DNA from: a virus
Lineage: Duplodnaviria; Caudoviricetes
Length of the DNA stretch: 60,501 bases
Strand: one strand, 5' to 3'
Virus record (IMG/VR): IMGVR_UViG_3300028189_000001
Span: 1-60,501 of that record
The notes beneath the pieces were generated by a model, which was not told the origin of the DNA, did no database searches, and worked only from the letters and a program-made list of their open reading frames with translations. This document shows positions 35,455-46,003 of this stretch, piece after piece. The position numbers and the translations under genes are program-made. Each line of letters begins with the position of its first letter. Positions within the stretch are counted from its first letter, which is position 1.

Positions 35455-36420
35455 TTATGATTGTTGTTCTTGTTGTTCGTTATAAACCTCTTCTGATTTT
35501 GTATAAGCCACGACCTCTGCCTCTCTTATACTCACACCTGCATATTGTAATATCTTCATAACCAAATTAGGTTCGTCTGATGATGGAAGCTCAAAGTCTT
35601 GGTAGTCTACTGCTGATGAGTCAAACACAGGCTCTCCTCCGCTCAGGGATATATAAGTCCATTTAGGCTCTTTTGGATATCGTATACAGTTAGCCTCAAT
35701 TTCCCCGAAGCTGTAAACTCTTACAGGAAACAATTCTACTGTATCGGCTTGCATAACATAAGCAGGAAATGAATCAGATGGCTGTGTTAATAAGCTATTC
35801 ATTAACATTTGAATCTTACTTCTGGATATCTTTTCTACATCTACAGAATTATAATTAACAGGTCTACTTACAGAGTAGCTGATACCTGATGCGTTAAACA
35901 ACAAACCTGTTGTTGCTAATGTTGTTGAGTTGGGTATAGCTGTTATAAAAACTCTTCCTGTGGATGTTATCACAGTATCCCCTACAGCCACTTGGTCTTC
36001 TGTGGTAGCAGTAAAGTTTGCACTTGAATCTATTAGTAGATTTTGGGCAGCGTCTGAGCTTGTTGTCGTTCCGCTAGTAAGTATTCCCCTTTTTATAATA
36101 GAGTTAACAAGGTAGTAGTTGTAACCTTCTACATTTTCTCTTGGCAGGTAAAACACGTTACCGCTCGCCACTGTATTTAATGTGGTAACCTCACTGAAAT
36201 CCTCTATAACTTCTAGTATGCTTTTTGCAATATCTGCATTATCTGAGTGACTACGCCTTGCATTCTCTTTTGTTATTTGTGTGTTATAACTATAAAAATA
36301 ATCCTCAAATAAATCTAACTGTGCTTGTTTAGCAAACAGGTTAAAATCAGAAGGTGATATATAGCCGTAGTTATTCTTATTGAGAATTGACAGCACTGTG
36401 TTTCTAACTGAGTTAATCAT
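35455..36420 (-). CDS. Head-tail adaptor/ring structural protein
   Basis: INSVRNTVL.ILNK.N.GYI.P.DFN.FA.QAQ; DFELP; ILQYAG. Confidence 0.65.
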   Translation of the reverse strand: MINSVRNTVLSILNKNNYGYISPSDFNLFAKQAQLDLFEDYFYSYNTQITKENARRSHSDNADIAKSILEVIEDFSEVTTLNTVASGNVFYLPRENVEGYNYYLVNSIIKRGILTSGTTTSSDAAQNLLIDSSANFTATTEDQVAVGDTVITSTGRVFITAIPNSTTLATTGLLFNASGISYSVSRPVNYNSVDVEKISRSKIQMLMNSLLTQPSDSFPAYVMQADTVELFPVRVYSFGEIEANCIRYPKEPKWTYISLSGGEPVFDSSAVDYQDFELPSSDEPNLVMKILQYAGVSIREAEVVAYTKSEEVYNEQQEQQS

Positions 36421-36437
36421 ATCTTGATAATTTTGTA

Positions 36438-36445
36438 CAAAGATA
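36438..36445 (-). promoter_or_regulatory. -7 box TATCTTTG
   Basis: Matches TAnnTTTG; between the terminator and ATG 36420. Confidence 0.6.
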
Positions 36446-36449
36446 ACAC

Positions 36450-36484
36450 AAAAAAAGGATAACCCATTTCTGAGCTATCCTTTT
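36450..36484 (-). terminator. Rho-independent terminator
   Basis: AAAAGGATAGCTCA-GAAA-TGGGTTATCC-TTTTTTT on the - strand. Confidence 0.75.
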
Positions 36485-36503
36485 GCTTTTAGTTAAAATG
36501 AAC

Positions 36504-37247
36504 TTATAACAGATTGTTTAGCATACTAAAAACTTCCTTGCCGTCTTCTGTTTTAAAGTACTCAGCACAAGCGTCTTCAACTGTTCTACCAAACTCTACT
36601 GTTAGCATACGCTTTTTGTTTCCCTCCAAGTTAAAGAAAACCTCTCTACCTTTGTTACGAGACAGTATCATTCTTTGGTCAAAGAATGTTTGTATCTCTG
36701 ACTTGAACTTCATTGTAGGGTCTTCCATTGCTTGATTGAAATCAGTAGGATTAGTCTTTGCAAAAACCAATACATCCCTTTTCATTTCTGCTGTAGTTAT
36801 TACACTAGGGTCTTTGCCGAACAATCCTCTGGTAAGCATTTCCAATTGGTCTATGGTAAGGCTTGTAGCTATTGTTAAGGCTTGAGCTTCTGCATTAATT
36901 ATATCAACCTCAACGGAGGCATCTTTCTCTTTATCTATCTCTACGAATTTTTTATTATACAATGGATGTATGTGTAGAAACTTTTGAAGTGTTTGGTTTT
37001 CTTTACCAACAGTCAGCATACCATCTTCAAAAATGATAGGCTCTAGGATTGCATTTGAATCCTGCTCGTCTTCAAAGACTGAACGTTGGTTAGACGCATA
37101 CCTCATTGCTCTTTGTGTTCCTGAATCTTCATCAAAATAAAGTAAAGGTGAGCGTCTTGTATGTCTTGATGGAAGCATATATGATAAAGGTGCTTCATTC
37201 CTTACGAGCTTATAAGCTCTGTCTACATATTCTTGTTTTTTCTTCAT
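36504..37247 (-). CDS. Capsid-associated structural protein
   Basis: Directly downstream of the major capsid gene; RAMRYASNQRS.F.DEQ. Confidence 0.6.
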   Translation of the reverse strand: MKKKQEYVDRAYKLVRNEAPLSYMLPSRHTRRSPLLYFDEDSGTQRAMRYASNQRSVFEDEQDSNAILEPIIFEDGMLTVGKENQTLQKFLHIHPLYNKKFVEIDKEKDASVEVDIINAEAQALTIATSLTIDQLEMLTRGLFGKDPSVITTAEMKRDVLVFAKTNPTDFNQAMEDPTMKFKSEIQTFFDQRMILSRNKGREVFFNLEGNKKRMLTVEFGRTVEDACAEYFKTEDGKEVFSMLNNLL

Positions 37248-37268
37248 TACAATAAATTATATAAAATT

Positions 37269-37298
37269 AAAAAATAGGGAGAGGATTTCTCCCCTCCC
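37269..37298 (-). terminator. Rho-independent terminator after the major capsid gene
   Basis: GGGAGGGGA-GAAA-TCCTCTCCC-TATTTTTT. Confidence 0.75.
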
Positions 37299-37317
37299 AA
37301 AAAATATACTCATCTTA

Positions 37318-38745
37318 TTACTCTTGGAATAAAAAGAAGTTGTTTGCACCTAAAGTACAGATAGCTCTCTCTGATAGGAAGTTAACCTGCATTGCATCAA
37401 GGTCGCTAGTAGCTGCACCACCTGCTGAACCTGTAATCCAAGTTTTATACTTTCTATCTTCAGTAGATGACTTACGATACCTAACGTGTAGGAAAGGACG
37501 CTTAGCATTCTTACCCATTACTTGGTCATACACAGAAGTAGTTCCTGCTGGAACAAGTAAACCATGAATAGCACCTGAGCCTGAACCTAACTTTAAACCG
37601 CCACGCATTGTAGGGTCGTTAAGGTATTTCCAGTCAGTTTTATAAAAGTCATATCCTCTACGGAATCCATTGAACCCTAGGTTTAAAGCCATGTTCTCAC
37701 TGTTGTCAAAAAGACCATAAGATACTCCGCCTGCTGCATTAGAAGATTGAGCTGCTAACATATCATCAATGTCAAAGCTAAATCCTCTGTCTAAGAATAA
37801 TGCATTCTCTTCAATAGCACCTTGCTTATCAAGACGAGATACCACTGTGTCAAACTCAGCAAGTGTACTTGGGTTTCCTCCACCCCATACATTTCCTCTG
37901 TTACCTACAGTGTAGAATACACCTTCAGAACCTTTGTTACCAAAGGTTGGGTTGTGAGTAGCATTAACTACACCTGAACCTGTTTCAGCAGGAACAGCTT
38001 CTATCATAGAAGTCTCTAGATAATCATCAAAACGTAGACGAGTTTCTGACTCACTCTTTAGATACCATAGGTATCCATTTGCTCCGTTCTCAGTAGTAAC
38101 TTCAATCCAACCGATTTGAGCCATATCAGAACCACTAACTTCGTAGTTGTCTTTAAGGATAATTGGGCTGTTGTCAAAGATATCATCTTCAGCTTCTAAA
38201 GAACCTTCCATTCCAACGGTTCCTTTTTTAAACTCAGAACCATAAATGAATACTGTAAAGTCTGCATTACCTACACCTGTACCCGCTACAGCAAGTCCAC
38301 CTGCTTCATAGAAAGCCACATCAAATGTTTTTGCTGTTGTATTTACAGCAACAACGATACCCTTATTAGAGCCTACACCGATGTTAGCAGTTACCATTAC
38401 GGTCTGTCCTTTACGAATAGCTAAGTAGTCGCTAATAGTATCATTAACTTGAAATGTTACTTTGTCATCACCATCAGTTCCTGTGGCTGCCCCTACGTCT
38501 ACATACTTGGTGTGTAATCTTCCTTGCTCTGACCATTTAATCATATCAGAATCAGTTGGAAGTTCCGCTGACACCATTCTTAAGAATGATGATATACTTC
38601 TGTTTCCATAACGCTCGAATTCTTTTTCGTACACATCTGGAAGATATTGATTTAAGAAATCAAAATTTGTTATATAGTTTGTGCTCAAAGCAACCTGTTT
38701 GCTGCTTGGCTGTAAACTATATGTTGGTGTTGCATTTATTGCCAT
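37318..38745 (-). CDS. Major capsid protein
   Basis: 475 aa after portal and scaffold; QYLPD.YE.E.ERYGNR, WSEQGRLH, with an inserted beta domain; followed by a terminator. Confidence 0.85.
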   Translation of the reverse strand: MAINATPTYSLQPSSKQVALSTNYITNFDFLNQYLPDVYEKEFERYGNRSISSFLRMVSAELPTDSDMIKWSEQGRLHTKYVDVGAATGTDGDDKVTFQVNDTISDYLAIRKGQTVMVTANIGVGSNKGIVVAVNTTAKTFDVAFYEAGGLAVAGTGVGNADFTVFIYGSEFKKGTVGMEGSLEAEDDIFDNSPIILKDNYEVSGSDMAQIGWIEVTTENGANGYLWYLKSESETRLRFDDYLETSMIEAVPAETGSGVVNATHNPTFGNKGSEGVFYTVGNRGNVWGGGNPSTLAEFDTVVSRLDKQGAIEENALFLDRGFSFDIDDMLAAQSSNAAGGVSYGLFDNSENMALNLGFNGFRRGYDFYKTDWKYLNDPTMRGGLKLGSGSGAIHGLLVPAGTTSVYDQVMGKNAKRPFLHVRYRKSSTEDRKYKTWITGSAGGAATSDLDAMQVNFLSERAICTLGANNFFLFQE

Positions 38746-38771
38746 TACTTCAAAAATTTAAAAGTTATTAA

Positions 38772-39926
38772 TTAGCTCCCTCTTGGAGCTTTTATTTTTA
38801 ATCCTCGTCCTGATGATTGGCTTACGGCTCTGGCTTGGAATCCATCTGATTGGGATTTAGATGGAGTTCTTCGCTCGTCCATATTTACATTTTTAATTTT
38901 CTTTGTCACATCTTCTGTAGCTTTCGCTACTCCTTGCTCATAAAAAAACTTAGCGAACCTATCAGGATTCATTGCTACTGCTAAAGCCTTGTGGTATTCA
39001 GCCACGTTAATGATGGTTCCGTCATCATCCATATATTTCCCCACAAAATTACGGATATCTTTCTGACTATCCCTCACCTTTTCAATGTCATTCACTTGAT
39101 ATGAAAGACTAGTATCCTCTCCAATACCGAATTCAAAACCTTTGAAGTCTTTGTTAAAAACACTATCTGTCTCACTCTCAAATGCAGACCTTCTACGCTC
39201 GGCTGCTTCCTCCGAAGTTTTAGCATTTGCTATATATTGCTTATAGCTTTCGTAATCCTCCTTGTCTTCAGCAGATACATTTGATTGAGACTCTGACACA
39301 GCAGCCTCTTTGTACATTTGCTTTTGTTCATTGAAGTATTCCTTAGCTTTTACAATCGCTTTTTTCTTGGCTAGTTTTGCTTTCTTAATATCCATATCAT
39401 CATCAAGGTCTTCATCATAGTCAAAGTCTTGCATATATATGTCAAGGTCTTCTTCGTCTATTCCTTCTTCAGTTAATAATAGATACTCTTTAATCAAAGT
39501 ATCGCCATTCATTGCATCAAAGTCTCTGTTTAGTTTAACATAATCATCAACTCCTCTGCCTGTACTCTTCTTATATTCTAAGAACGCTTGCACATCTTCA
39601 GGTAGTTCTTGAGGAGTAGGCTCCCCTTTATTGAACAACTCATCAATGCTATTTAACTCTAAACCATCCCGTTTAGATTTAATATACTCAAGTACCTGCT
39701 CTTCTGAAAGCTCAGGCACATCTTCTTCTTTAGTTTCTTCTTCTTCTACGGGAGCTTTCTCCTCGGTAGGTTCAGTAGGTTGGCTTAAATCAATTTTAGG
39801 TACACCTACTTCTTCTTCCTGCAATTCCGTATGACCTTCGGTAGAGCTGAGGACTTCTTCTTCACGCTCGGCTTTACTTTTTTCTTCTTGTACTGCATCT
39901 TTTACTTTTACGTTTTTAAATTCCAT
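38772..39926 (-). CDS. Capsid scaffolding protein
   Basis: Very acidic, helical; FAKFFYEQG; upstream of the major capsid gene. Confidence 0.75.
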   Translation of the reverse strand: MEFKNVKVKDAVQEEKSKAEREEEVLSSTEGHTELQEEEVGVPKIDLSQPTEPTEEKAPVEEEETKEEDVPELSEEQVLEYIKSKRDGLELNSIDELFNKGEPTPQELPEDVQAFLEYKKSTGRGVDDYVKLNRDFDAMNGDTLIKEYLLLTEEGIDEEDLDIYMQDFDYDEDLDDDMDIKKAKLAKKKAIVKAKEYFNEQKQMYKEAAVSESQSNVSAEDKEDYESYKQYIANAKTSEEAAERRRSAFESETDSVFNKDFKGFEFGIGEDTSLSYQVNDIEKVRDSQKDIRNFVGKYMDDDGTIINVAEYHKALAVAMNPDRFAKFFYEQGVAKATEDVTKKIKNVNMDERRTPSKSQSDGFQARAVSQSSGRGLKIKAPRGS

Positions 39927-40005
39927 GTATATATAAATTAAATTAAATTGTATATGTTTACAAAACTATATAAAATTACTTACTATTTTTTCTATTTTTA
40001 CCACT

Positions 40006-40197
40006 TTACTTTTCGTTTCCACCAATAATCATACTCACTATTGCTATCATAGCCATCATAACTCCTGCAACTGTATCTCTTACTTTAGGGTCAAGATGTT
40101 CTCCTGTTATAACCGCCCTTATAAAAGTTAATATTATAAATAGGGCTATAAAGACTATTATTAATATAGACAGTCTGTATTTCTGATTGCTATTCAT
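40006..40197 (-). CDS. Small two-TM membrane protein
   Basis: Two hydrophobic helices. Confidence 0.6.
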   Translation of the reverse strand: MNSNQKYRLSILIIVFIALFIILTFIRAVITGEHLDPKVRDTVAGVMMAMIAIVSMIIGGNEK

Positions 40198-40200
40198 TTA

Positions 40201-42639
40201 CTATCTAGGGTCAAATTCTCCTAAATGGAATCCATCTAAGCTATCTTCATTAGACTCAAACTTTAAGGGAGCACCTTTAGTTTGTCTTTGATTTATAAGT
40301 TCAGACTGTTCGCTATTCTGTTGTGATATCCGTTCAGACTTCTTATCTTCTCTTTTATTTTCTCTCTCACTTAACTGCTGTGCAGTCTGTCCTTGTATGG
40401 TCATCTGATAATTAAACTCTCTTTCCATTAACATTAGCTTGAGCTGGGCTTCCTTATTTAGTTTAGCTATTTCAAATTGGCTCTTAGCTTGCTCAATGGT
40501 AACCTTGCTGTTTGTTTCAGCCTCAGCTTTTTGTTGAGCGACTTGTGAGGACATTTGTTGTTGCTGTAGCTGCATCTGCTGTTGCATAGCTTGTTGCTGC
40601 ATCTGCATCTTCTCATCACGTTCTTGCTTACCTTTACGCTTAACTTTGAGTAATTGGTTTGCAAGTTTGGTGTTGTTTATATCCCTAATATCAATAGCAT
40701 CCTCTAGGTATATATCACCTTTAGATAAAGCCATTTGTATATTCTGCTCTAGCATTTGCTTTGCCTCTTCATCAGGAGCAATCTCAATATATATACCAAA
40801 ATCATATAAATATAAACCTGATATTTGGTCTAGTAATGAAGAGTTATACTTGCCTACCTTAGATACAAAATCTTCTCTAAATGATGCATACTCTAAGATG
40901 TCTGCTATTCTTAAAGATGAAGCTTCAGATATCATATGATACATATAAATACTTCCGTCAAGTATGTGACGAGTAGCTGTATTAGAATTTAATGCAGCCA
41001 TTTTCTGTAACCCAACCAACCCTCTTGGGTCGGGAGTGCTGCCATCTCTCGCTTCATTTAAACCTGTTACAGTTCTAATCATATTGAGGTAATGGTTGTA
41101 GTTACCTATAAGCATCTGAGTTTTATTTGCTCCACTATTATGGCTAAGCTCTTGGATAGGAATTTTACCATGATTGTATTCCCCCTCTGATGTGTAGCTT
41201 CTACCAATAACAGAACCTGTTTGAAAGTAAAGTTTTAGTGCCTCCTCAGGTGAGTAAGCCTCTCCATTCCCTAGGTCTATTTCATTAAGACCATCTGCGT
41301 CAATGTACACACCATCGGGAGTTACCCTTGATATTACTTGCTGCAACTTAAGGTGAGTCATTTGGATTAAATCAGCAAATGGAATCATACGCCTAACTAA
41401 GGACTCTAACGAACCCTTGTATATTCTTGGAGCAACAGCAACATACATAGACATTGCGTGTTGGGATGATGATTTAGGTCTCACCATATTTTCAGCCATC
41501 TCCCATTTAATAACAATGTCTGTTCCCGCTACCATTACTCCTTCATACCAAACATCAATAGTTTTTTCAATCTTCTCAAACCTTCCCTCCTCTAACATTT
41601 CTTCAGGAGGATTAAACTCGTCAGTCTTTTCAATCATTTTCATTGCACCTGAATCAAGAATTTTTTTCTTGTATACAACTTTATTGGTAGTCTTAAAATT
41701 AAAATACATTAAAGAACAAGTTTCTCCTGTATATATACTGTCATCTACCTGATTGATACCGTGATACTGATACCAGTCTGTGCTTGCCTGTGAAATGTCT
41801 TTTATATCCTCAGGCGTAAGGTCAGGTTTAATTTTAAACAACTCTGTTAAAGGCATTGTTTTAAACTCTCCCCAATAGAATACATCACTAAAGTGTGGGT
41901 CTTCTGTGTATGAATGAACTACATTAGCAGGGTCAACATAAGAAATTTTAACACCTTCTCCCTTAAGAAATTCATGTTTCGCAACTCCCATTCCTAAGGT
42001 AACTATATCGTAATCAACCTGCTTACGAATTAAATCATATTTATTATCCTTAAGAACAGATTCAATAGCAGCCTCTTCAGCCATCTCAATAGCGGGCTTA
42101 TATTTTAACTGCATATGCAACATCATCTCTTCATCCGTCTGAGGCATATCACCCTCGTCTAGCATAAAAGGATTAATATTACCTTTCTCTTTTATCAAAG
42201 ACAACGCTTCCCTAGAAACCATTTGAGCTTCTAAGGTATCTTGGTATTGGTTCTTCCTTTCTTGTGATAACGGGTCAATAGCAGTACATACGGGTCGTAA
42301 GTCTCTTTCATTTAATCCATTAACAACTATATCAACAAACTTTGGTATGATTGGAACGGGAGTCCAATCTAGATTTAGGTAAGACAAGTCACCATCAACG
42401 GCTATCTCATTTTTATATTTTGCTATACTTTGTTCTCCTCTTGAGTACCTTCTTAGATTATCAAATTCATTATACCTTGAATAAAATCTAGAGTCTGATG
42501 CTCCACCTCTTTTAAACCATTCGTATTGAATGGCTTGACCTACCTGTAATCCATACTCTATAGTATCCTTCTCTTTGTCACCGACTGCCGAGCTAGGAAA
42601 GCTTGTGTAAGAAACACTTACCATTGAATCTTCTTTCAT
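40201..42639 (-). CDS. Portal protein
   Basis: 812 aa after the terminase; PIIPKFVDIVVNG; TGLNEARDG; Gln-rich coiled-coil tail as in P22-like portals. Confidence 0.85.
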   Translation of the reverse strand: MKEDSMVSVSYTSFPSSAVGDKEKDTIEYGLQVGQAIQYEWFKRGGASDSRFYSRYNEFDNLRRYSRGEQSIAKYKNEIAVDGDLSYLNLDWTPVPIIPKFVDIVVNGLNERDLRPVCTAIDPLSQERKNQYQDTLEAQMVSREALSLIKEKGNINPFMLDEGDMPQTDEEMMLHMQLKYKPAIEMAEEAAIESVLKDNKYDLIRKQVDYDIVTLGMGVAKHEFLKGEGVKISYVDPANVVHSYTEDPHFSDVFYWGEFKTMPLTELFKIKPDLTPEDIKDISQASTDWYQYHGINQVDDSIYTGETCSLMYFNFKTTNKVVYKKKILDSGAMKMIEKTDEFNPPEEMLEEGRFEKIEKTIDVWYEGVMVAGTDIVIKWEMAENMVRPKSSSQHAMSMYVAVAPRIYKGSLESLVRRMIPFADLIQMTHLKLQQVISRVTPDGVYIDADGLNEIDLGNGEAYSPEEALKLYFQTGSVIGRSYTSEGEYNHGKIPIQELSHNSGANKTQMLIGNYNHYLNMIRTVTGLNEARDGSTPDPRGLVGLQKMAALNSNTATRHILDGSIYMYHMISEASSLRIADILEYASFREDFVSKVGKYNSSLLDQISGLYLYDFGIYIEIAPDEEAKQMLEQNIQMALSKGDIYLEDAIDIRDINNTKLANQLLKVKRKGKQERDEKMQMQQQAMQQQMQLQQQQMSSQVAQQKAEAETNSKVTIEQAKSQFEIAKLNKEAQLKLMLMEREFNYQMTIQGQTAQQLSERENKREDKKSERISQQNSEQSELINQRQTKGAPLKFESNEDSLDGFHLGEFDPR

Positions 42640-42643
42640 ATAT

Positions 42644-44938
42644 TTATGTTATGCGTTGACTGTTGTTGCCTGTATTATTATACCGTGCAAAGTTAACACT
42701 AATTTTTGAATCTTTCTTTTCAGCTTTATATAGGTGTTTTTGACAGGCAAGTATAGCTAACCCTGATGATATGGAAGCATCAAACTTAGTTCTGTTATTA
42801 ATATCAAATTCCGCCCAATCAATTAGAGTTCTATTGAAAGGCATCATACCTATGTCTTCTGAGTCTCTAAACAAACCTTCGTAATCATAACCCACATATT
42901 TCTCTATATAAGCCTCTATTGAGGCTGCGTGTATTTGCTTTACATCTTCACTAGAGTTAGGTATTCCTCCTAATTCTTTTTCAGACTTGGATAACTTTGT
43001 GTAATGTTTATCAGGTCTATTCATACTATATCCTCTGTACCCCCTGTTCTTAAAGTGATACAACAGACGAGGCTTATTGTTCTCTGCTAGTATAGGCATC
43101 CCATAAAAGACACAAGCCATAAGAACATCTTCAAAAAATATCTCAGCAGTCTGTGGTCTAGATATATACTCTAAAAAGAATTCATTACTTGGAGCATTGT
43201 CCATATTAAACTTAGTCAATCCATGTAAAGAACCCTTGGAACCCCCTCCTCCTACTGTTCCTGATATGTCATAACTATCACAGCCAAATGCACCTAAGTG
43301 TTCGTTAACAGGATAGTATATACCATTACGCTTTTCTCTAAGGTTTGTTAATCTTTTTTCAGGAGTCCAACTAATCCTAAATCTTCCTCCTTGCTGAGGT
43401 GAGAATATTACCTCCGTATCTTTTATTCCATCCTTCCAAGTGAAGTTTCCTGATGTAACATGATGAGACTCAATGTTACCATCATTATAATCTATCTGTT
43501 CATTAATTTTAGTTAGATTAAATAAAGACTGCTTGCTCTCATTTCTAAATGCGTGAGATTCAGTTCTTGGAAACTGTCTGTAAAACTCATTAAGAGCAGA
43601 GGCATCTCCTTTAAGTGAGTCAACTTCTCCTTCCCAATACTCAACAGCACCTATGTCAATCATTTCATTATCAACTCCCAACACTGGTTTAGGAGGAGTA
43701 TTGATAACAGGCATACCATATCTATCTATGAACCCCTCTAGGTTAAACTCCATAGGAATGAATATTTTATATAGCCCACTCTTAGTCTGACCGTTACTAT
43801 TTCTTTTTGTCAGGTCAGAATCAAAGTACATATCCTTAAACTCTTTACCTCCCTTGTTCTGTGCGTTGACAGTTGAACCCATCATACACTTGCCTATAAT
43901 CTTTTTACCTAACCTAAGACAAGTTTTTTGGACACGCCATGATTCTTTTATATCGTTAGGCTTTAAATATTTACCACTCTCATCGTGTACCAAATACTGT
44001 AATTTTTCACCATCATAAGAGTTGTTGTCTGTGTTCCTCCAATCTATTGTGGTATCCAAACCTTGTGTGTATTCACCATCATCTTCAATGGTCATATTTT
44101 TTTTAGTAATCTTTGCTGCTGGAATCCTGTAAGCTAATTCAGTTTTAGGTTTATCCATACCATCCATGATGGGCTTGAAGAAGAATGGCAGGTTTGTATT
44201 CATAGGTACAACCTTGTCAGTAAACATCTTCTTAGCATCAGCACCTGTCTTGGATACGATACCAATCCTAGCGTTCTTTGATATAGTTCCTATATCCACA
44301 GCATTTGAAGCAGACATAAAAGAAAATCCTGAACGCCTAATCTTAACATAGTTCATTCCGTAACTTCTATTGTCAGCCTGACAAGCAGCCCAGTAGATAA
44401 ATAAAATTCTATTGGCTTCACGGAAGTCTGCATAACCCACATCAATCTTACACCACTGAAGATACATATAGTGTGAGCCTGTAATATAAGTAGGCTTGCC
44501 ATTGTTAGCAAAGAATACTCCTCTCTCACGCCTATCAAATTCATTCTCCACATAAGGAACCCATAAATCCTTAAAATACTTTGGCTTATCGTTCCACTGA
44601 AATATTGTTTTAATTTGGTCTATTGCCTTAGGAGGAGAAGTTCTCTCCCAATATTGCTCACTCTTTTTTTTTGACCTAACAATAATTAACTTGTCCTTAG
44701 GATTAAACAGAGGTAACCCAATCCTTAGTCCTTGAATGTTATATATATCACCTACTTGACCTGTTTTAGATATAACAACTAAATCACTCTCTTTATCATA
44801 CCCATACTTCCATAATCTCTTACCGTTCTTTATGGACAGCTCCCTCTTTGAAAGAAGGTGAGGTTCCGTGGTGTATAACTTATCTAGACTTTGACTCTGC
44901 AAATCCTGTTCCTTTAGTTGATATAGCCTTGCCACCAT
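42644..44938 (-). CDS. terL: Terminase large subunit
   Basis: KIRRSGFS Walker A variant, VHDESGK Walker B, GST, FGCDSYD nuclease, ENNK; start taken at ATG 44938. Confidence 0.88.
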   Translation of the reverse strand: MVARLYQLKEQDLQSQSLDKLYTTEPHLLSKRELSIKNGKRLWKYGYDKESDLVVISKTGQVGDIYNIQGLRIGLPLFNPKDKLIIVRSKKKSEQYWERTSPPKAIDQIKTIFQWNDKPKYFKDLWVPYVENEFDRRERGVFFANNGKPTYITGSHYMYLQWCKIDVGYADFREANRILFIYWAACQADNRSYGMNYVKIRRSGFSFMSASNAVDIGTISKNARIGIVSKTGADAKKMFTDKVVPMNTNLPFFFKPIMDGMDKPKTELAYRIPAAKITKKNMTIEDDGEYTQGLDTTIDWRNTDNNSYDGEKLQYLVHDESGKYLKPNDIKESWRVQKTCLRLGKKIIGKCMMGSTVNAQNKGGKEFKDMYFDSDLTKRNSNGQTKSGLYKIFIPMEFNLEGFIDRYGMPVINTPPKPVLGVDNEMIDIGAVEYWEGEVDSLKGDASALNEFYRQFPRTESHAFRNESKQSLFNLTKINEQIDYNDGNIESHHVTSGNFTWKDGIKDTEVIFSPQQGGRFRISWTPEKRLTNLREKRNGIYYPVNEHLGAFGCDSYDISGTVGGGGSKGSLHGLTKFNMDNAPSNEFFLEYISRPQTAEIFFEDVLMACVFYGMPILAENNKPRLLYHFKNRGYRGYSMNRPDKHYTKLSKSEKELGGIPNSSEDVKQIHAASIEAYIEKYVGYDYEGLFRDSEDIGMMPFNRTLIDWAEFDINNRTKFDASISSGLAILACQKHLYKAEKKDSKISVNFARYNNTGNNSQRIT

Positions 44939-45191
44939 TTTCTTTAATAGCTTCAAGCATATTTTTTTCTTGCTCTATCCTGTTGAGTATTTCAAATGCA
45001 TCAAATATTGCTAGTTTCTTTGTGGCTGCCGCATTCTTTAACCTGTCAGCAGCAAGAGCTTCTTCTTTTTCAGAAAGAGTTTCCTTGTCACCTGCCTTTT
45101 TAATTATACTTTCCTTTGCTACTTTAATTAGTTCCTTAACAGCTTGCTCACCTGCACTAATTATTTCGCCTTTCATTTTCTCAACATCCAT
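44880..45191 (-). CDS. Putative terminase small subunit
   Basis: Small helical protein directly upstream of and overlapping terL. Confidence 0.55.
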   Translation of the reverse strand: MDVEKMKGEIISAGEQAVKELIKVAKESIIKKAGDKETLSEKEEALAADRLKNAAATKKLAIFDAFEILNRIEQEKNMLEAIKENGGKAISTKGTGFAESKSR

Positions 45192-45195
45192 AGTA

Positions 45196-45762
45196 TTATA
45201 TTTTTATTGTAATCATATGGTCATATACCCTATAATAAATCTCACTATCAATTATAAACTCGTACTCTGAGTCAGGAGCAAACTTAATCTCATCACCCCT
45301 TTTTAAGCCCTGTGAGAGCAGATAGTCATTTGGATGTGTTAACACCCCAGTTAATGGTTCGAGTCCATTAGAGCTGATGTATTTATCTTCTTTCATTTTA
45401 ATAGGCTTAACGAAGCAGTATCTATCATATGCATACCATTCGTTATTCCTTTTGTACATATAGAACTGGTCAGGGTCAATTAAGAACAGGTCTTCCTTAA
45501 GGAAGGACTTACCGCTCTTGCGTCTACCCTTCATGTCATTGTAAAACTTAAATACATTATGGTGAACAAGTAGTATGTCTCCTACCTTTACTCCTGATGT
45601 ATTACCTGTTAACGGCAAAGCCACAACCTCGGCATACCTATTGCTAAAATTATGGTCTTCTTCAGATGTAGATGTAATAATTTCTATTCCACCCATCTCT
45701 TTAGTGTTGTCATACCTGCGTCCGTCCACTGGTTTAACAAGATACTGATGTAATGGTCTCAT
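45196..45762 (-). CDS. Tandem GroES-like (cpn10-fold) protein
   Basis: MRPLHQYLVKPV...AEVVA...VKVGD; second unit YCFVKPI...GLKRGDEI...YYRV. Confidence 0.6.
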   Translation of the reverse strand: MRPLHQYLVKPVDGRRYDNTKEMGGIEIITSTSEEDHNFSNRYAEVVALPLTGNTSGVKVGDILLVHHNVFKFYNDMKGRRKSGKSFLKEDLFLIDPDQFYMYKRNNEWYAYDRYCFVKPIKMKEDKYISSNGLEPLTGVLTHPNDYLLSQGLKRGDEIKFAPDSEYEFIIDSEIYYRVYDHMITIKI

Positions 45763-45992
45763 TAAAATTCTATATTATATTCTACACTAACAGGCATTGA
45801 AGGTGTAAAACTTTTCCATAGGAATATACAACCATCGCTGTTGTCTTCTATGTAAATTTTATAAACACCTGCGTCCTGTTCAAACACAACAAGGTGAATT
45901 GTGTGTGAACCATGAAGGATATCCTGACCTACAACATAATGCATTGCTGTCTTATAATCCACACCAACGGCTATCTTCCTTATATCGTGCAT
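45762..45992 (-). CDS. Hypothetical protein
   Basis: IRKI..G.DYK.AMHY.VGQ; coupled to the next gene. Confidence 0.7.
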   Translation of the reverse strand: MHDIRKIAVGVDYKTAMHYVVGQDILHGSHTIHLVVFEQDAGVYKIYIEDNSDGCIFLWKSFTPSMPVSVEYNIEF

Positions 45993-46003
45993 TTTTATTA
46001 TAT

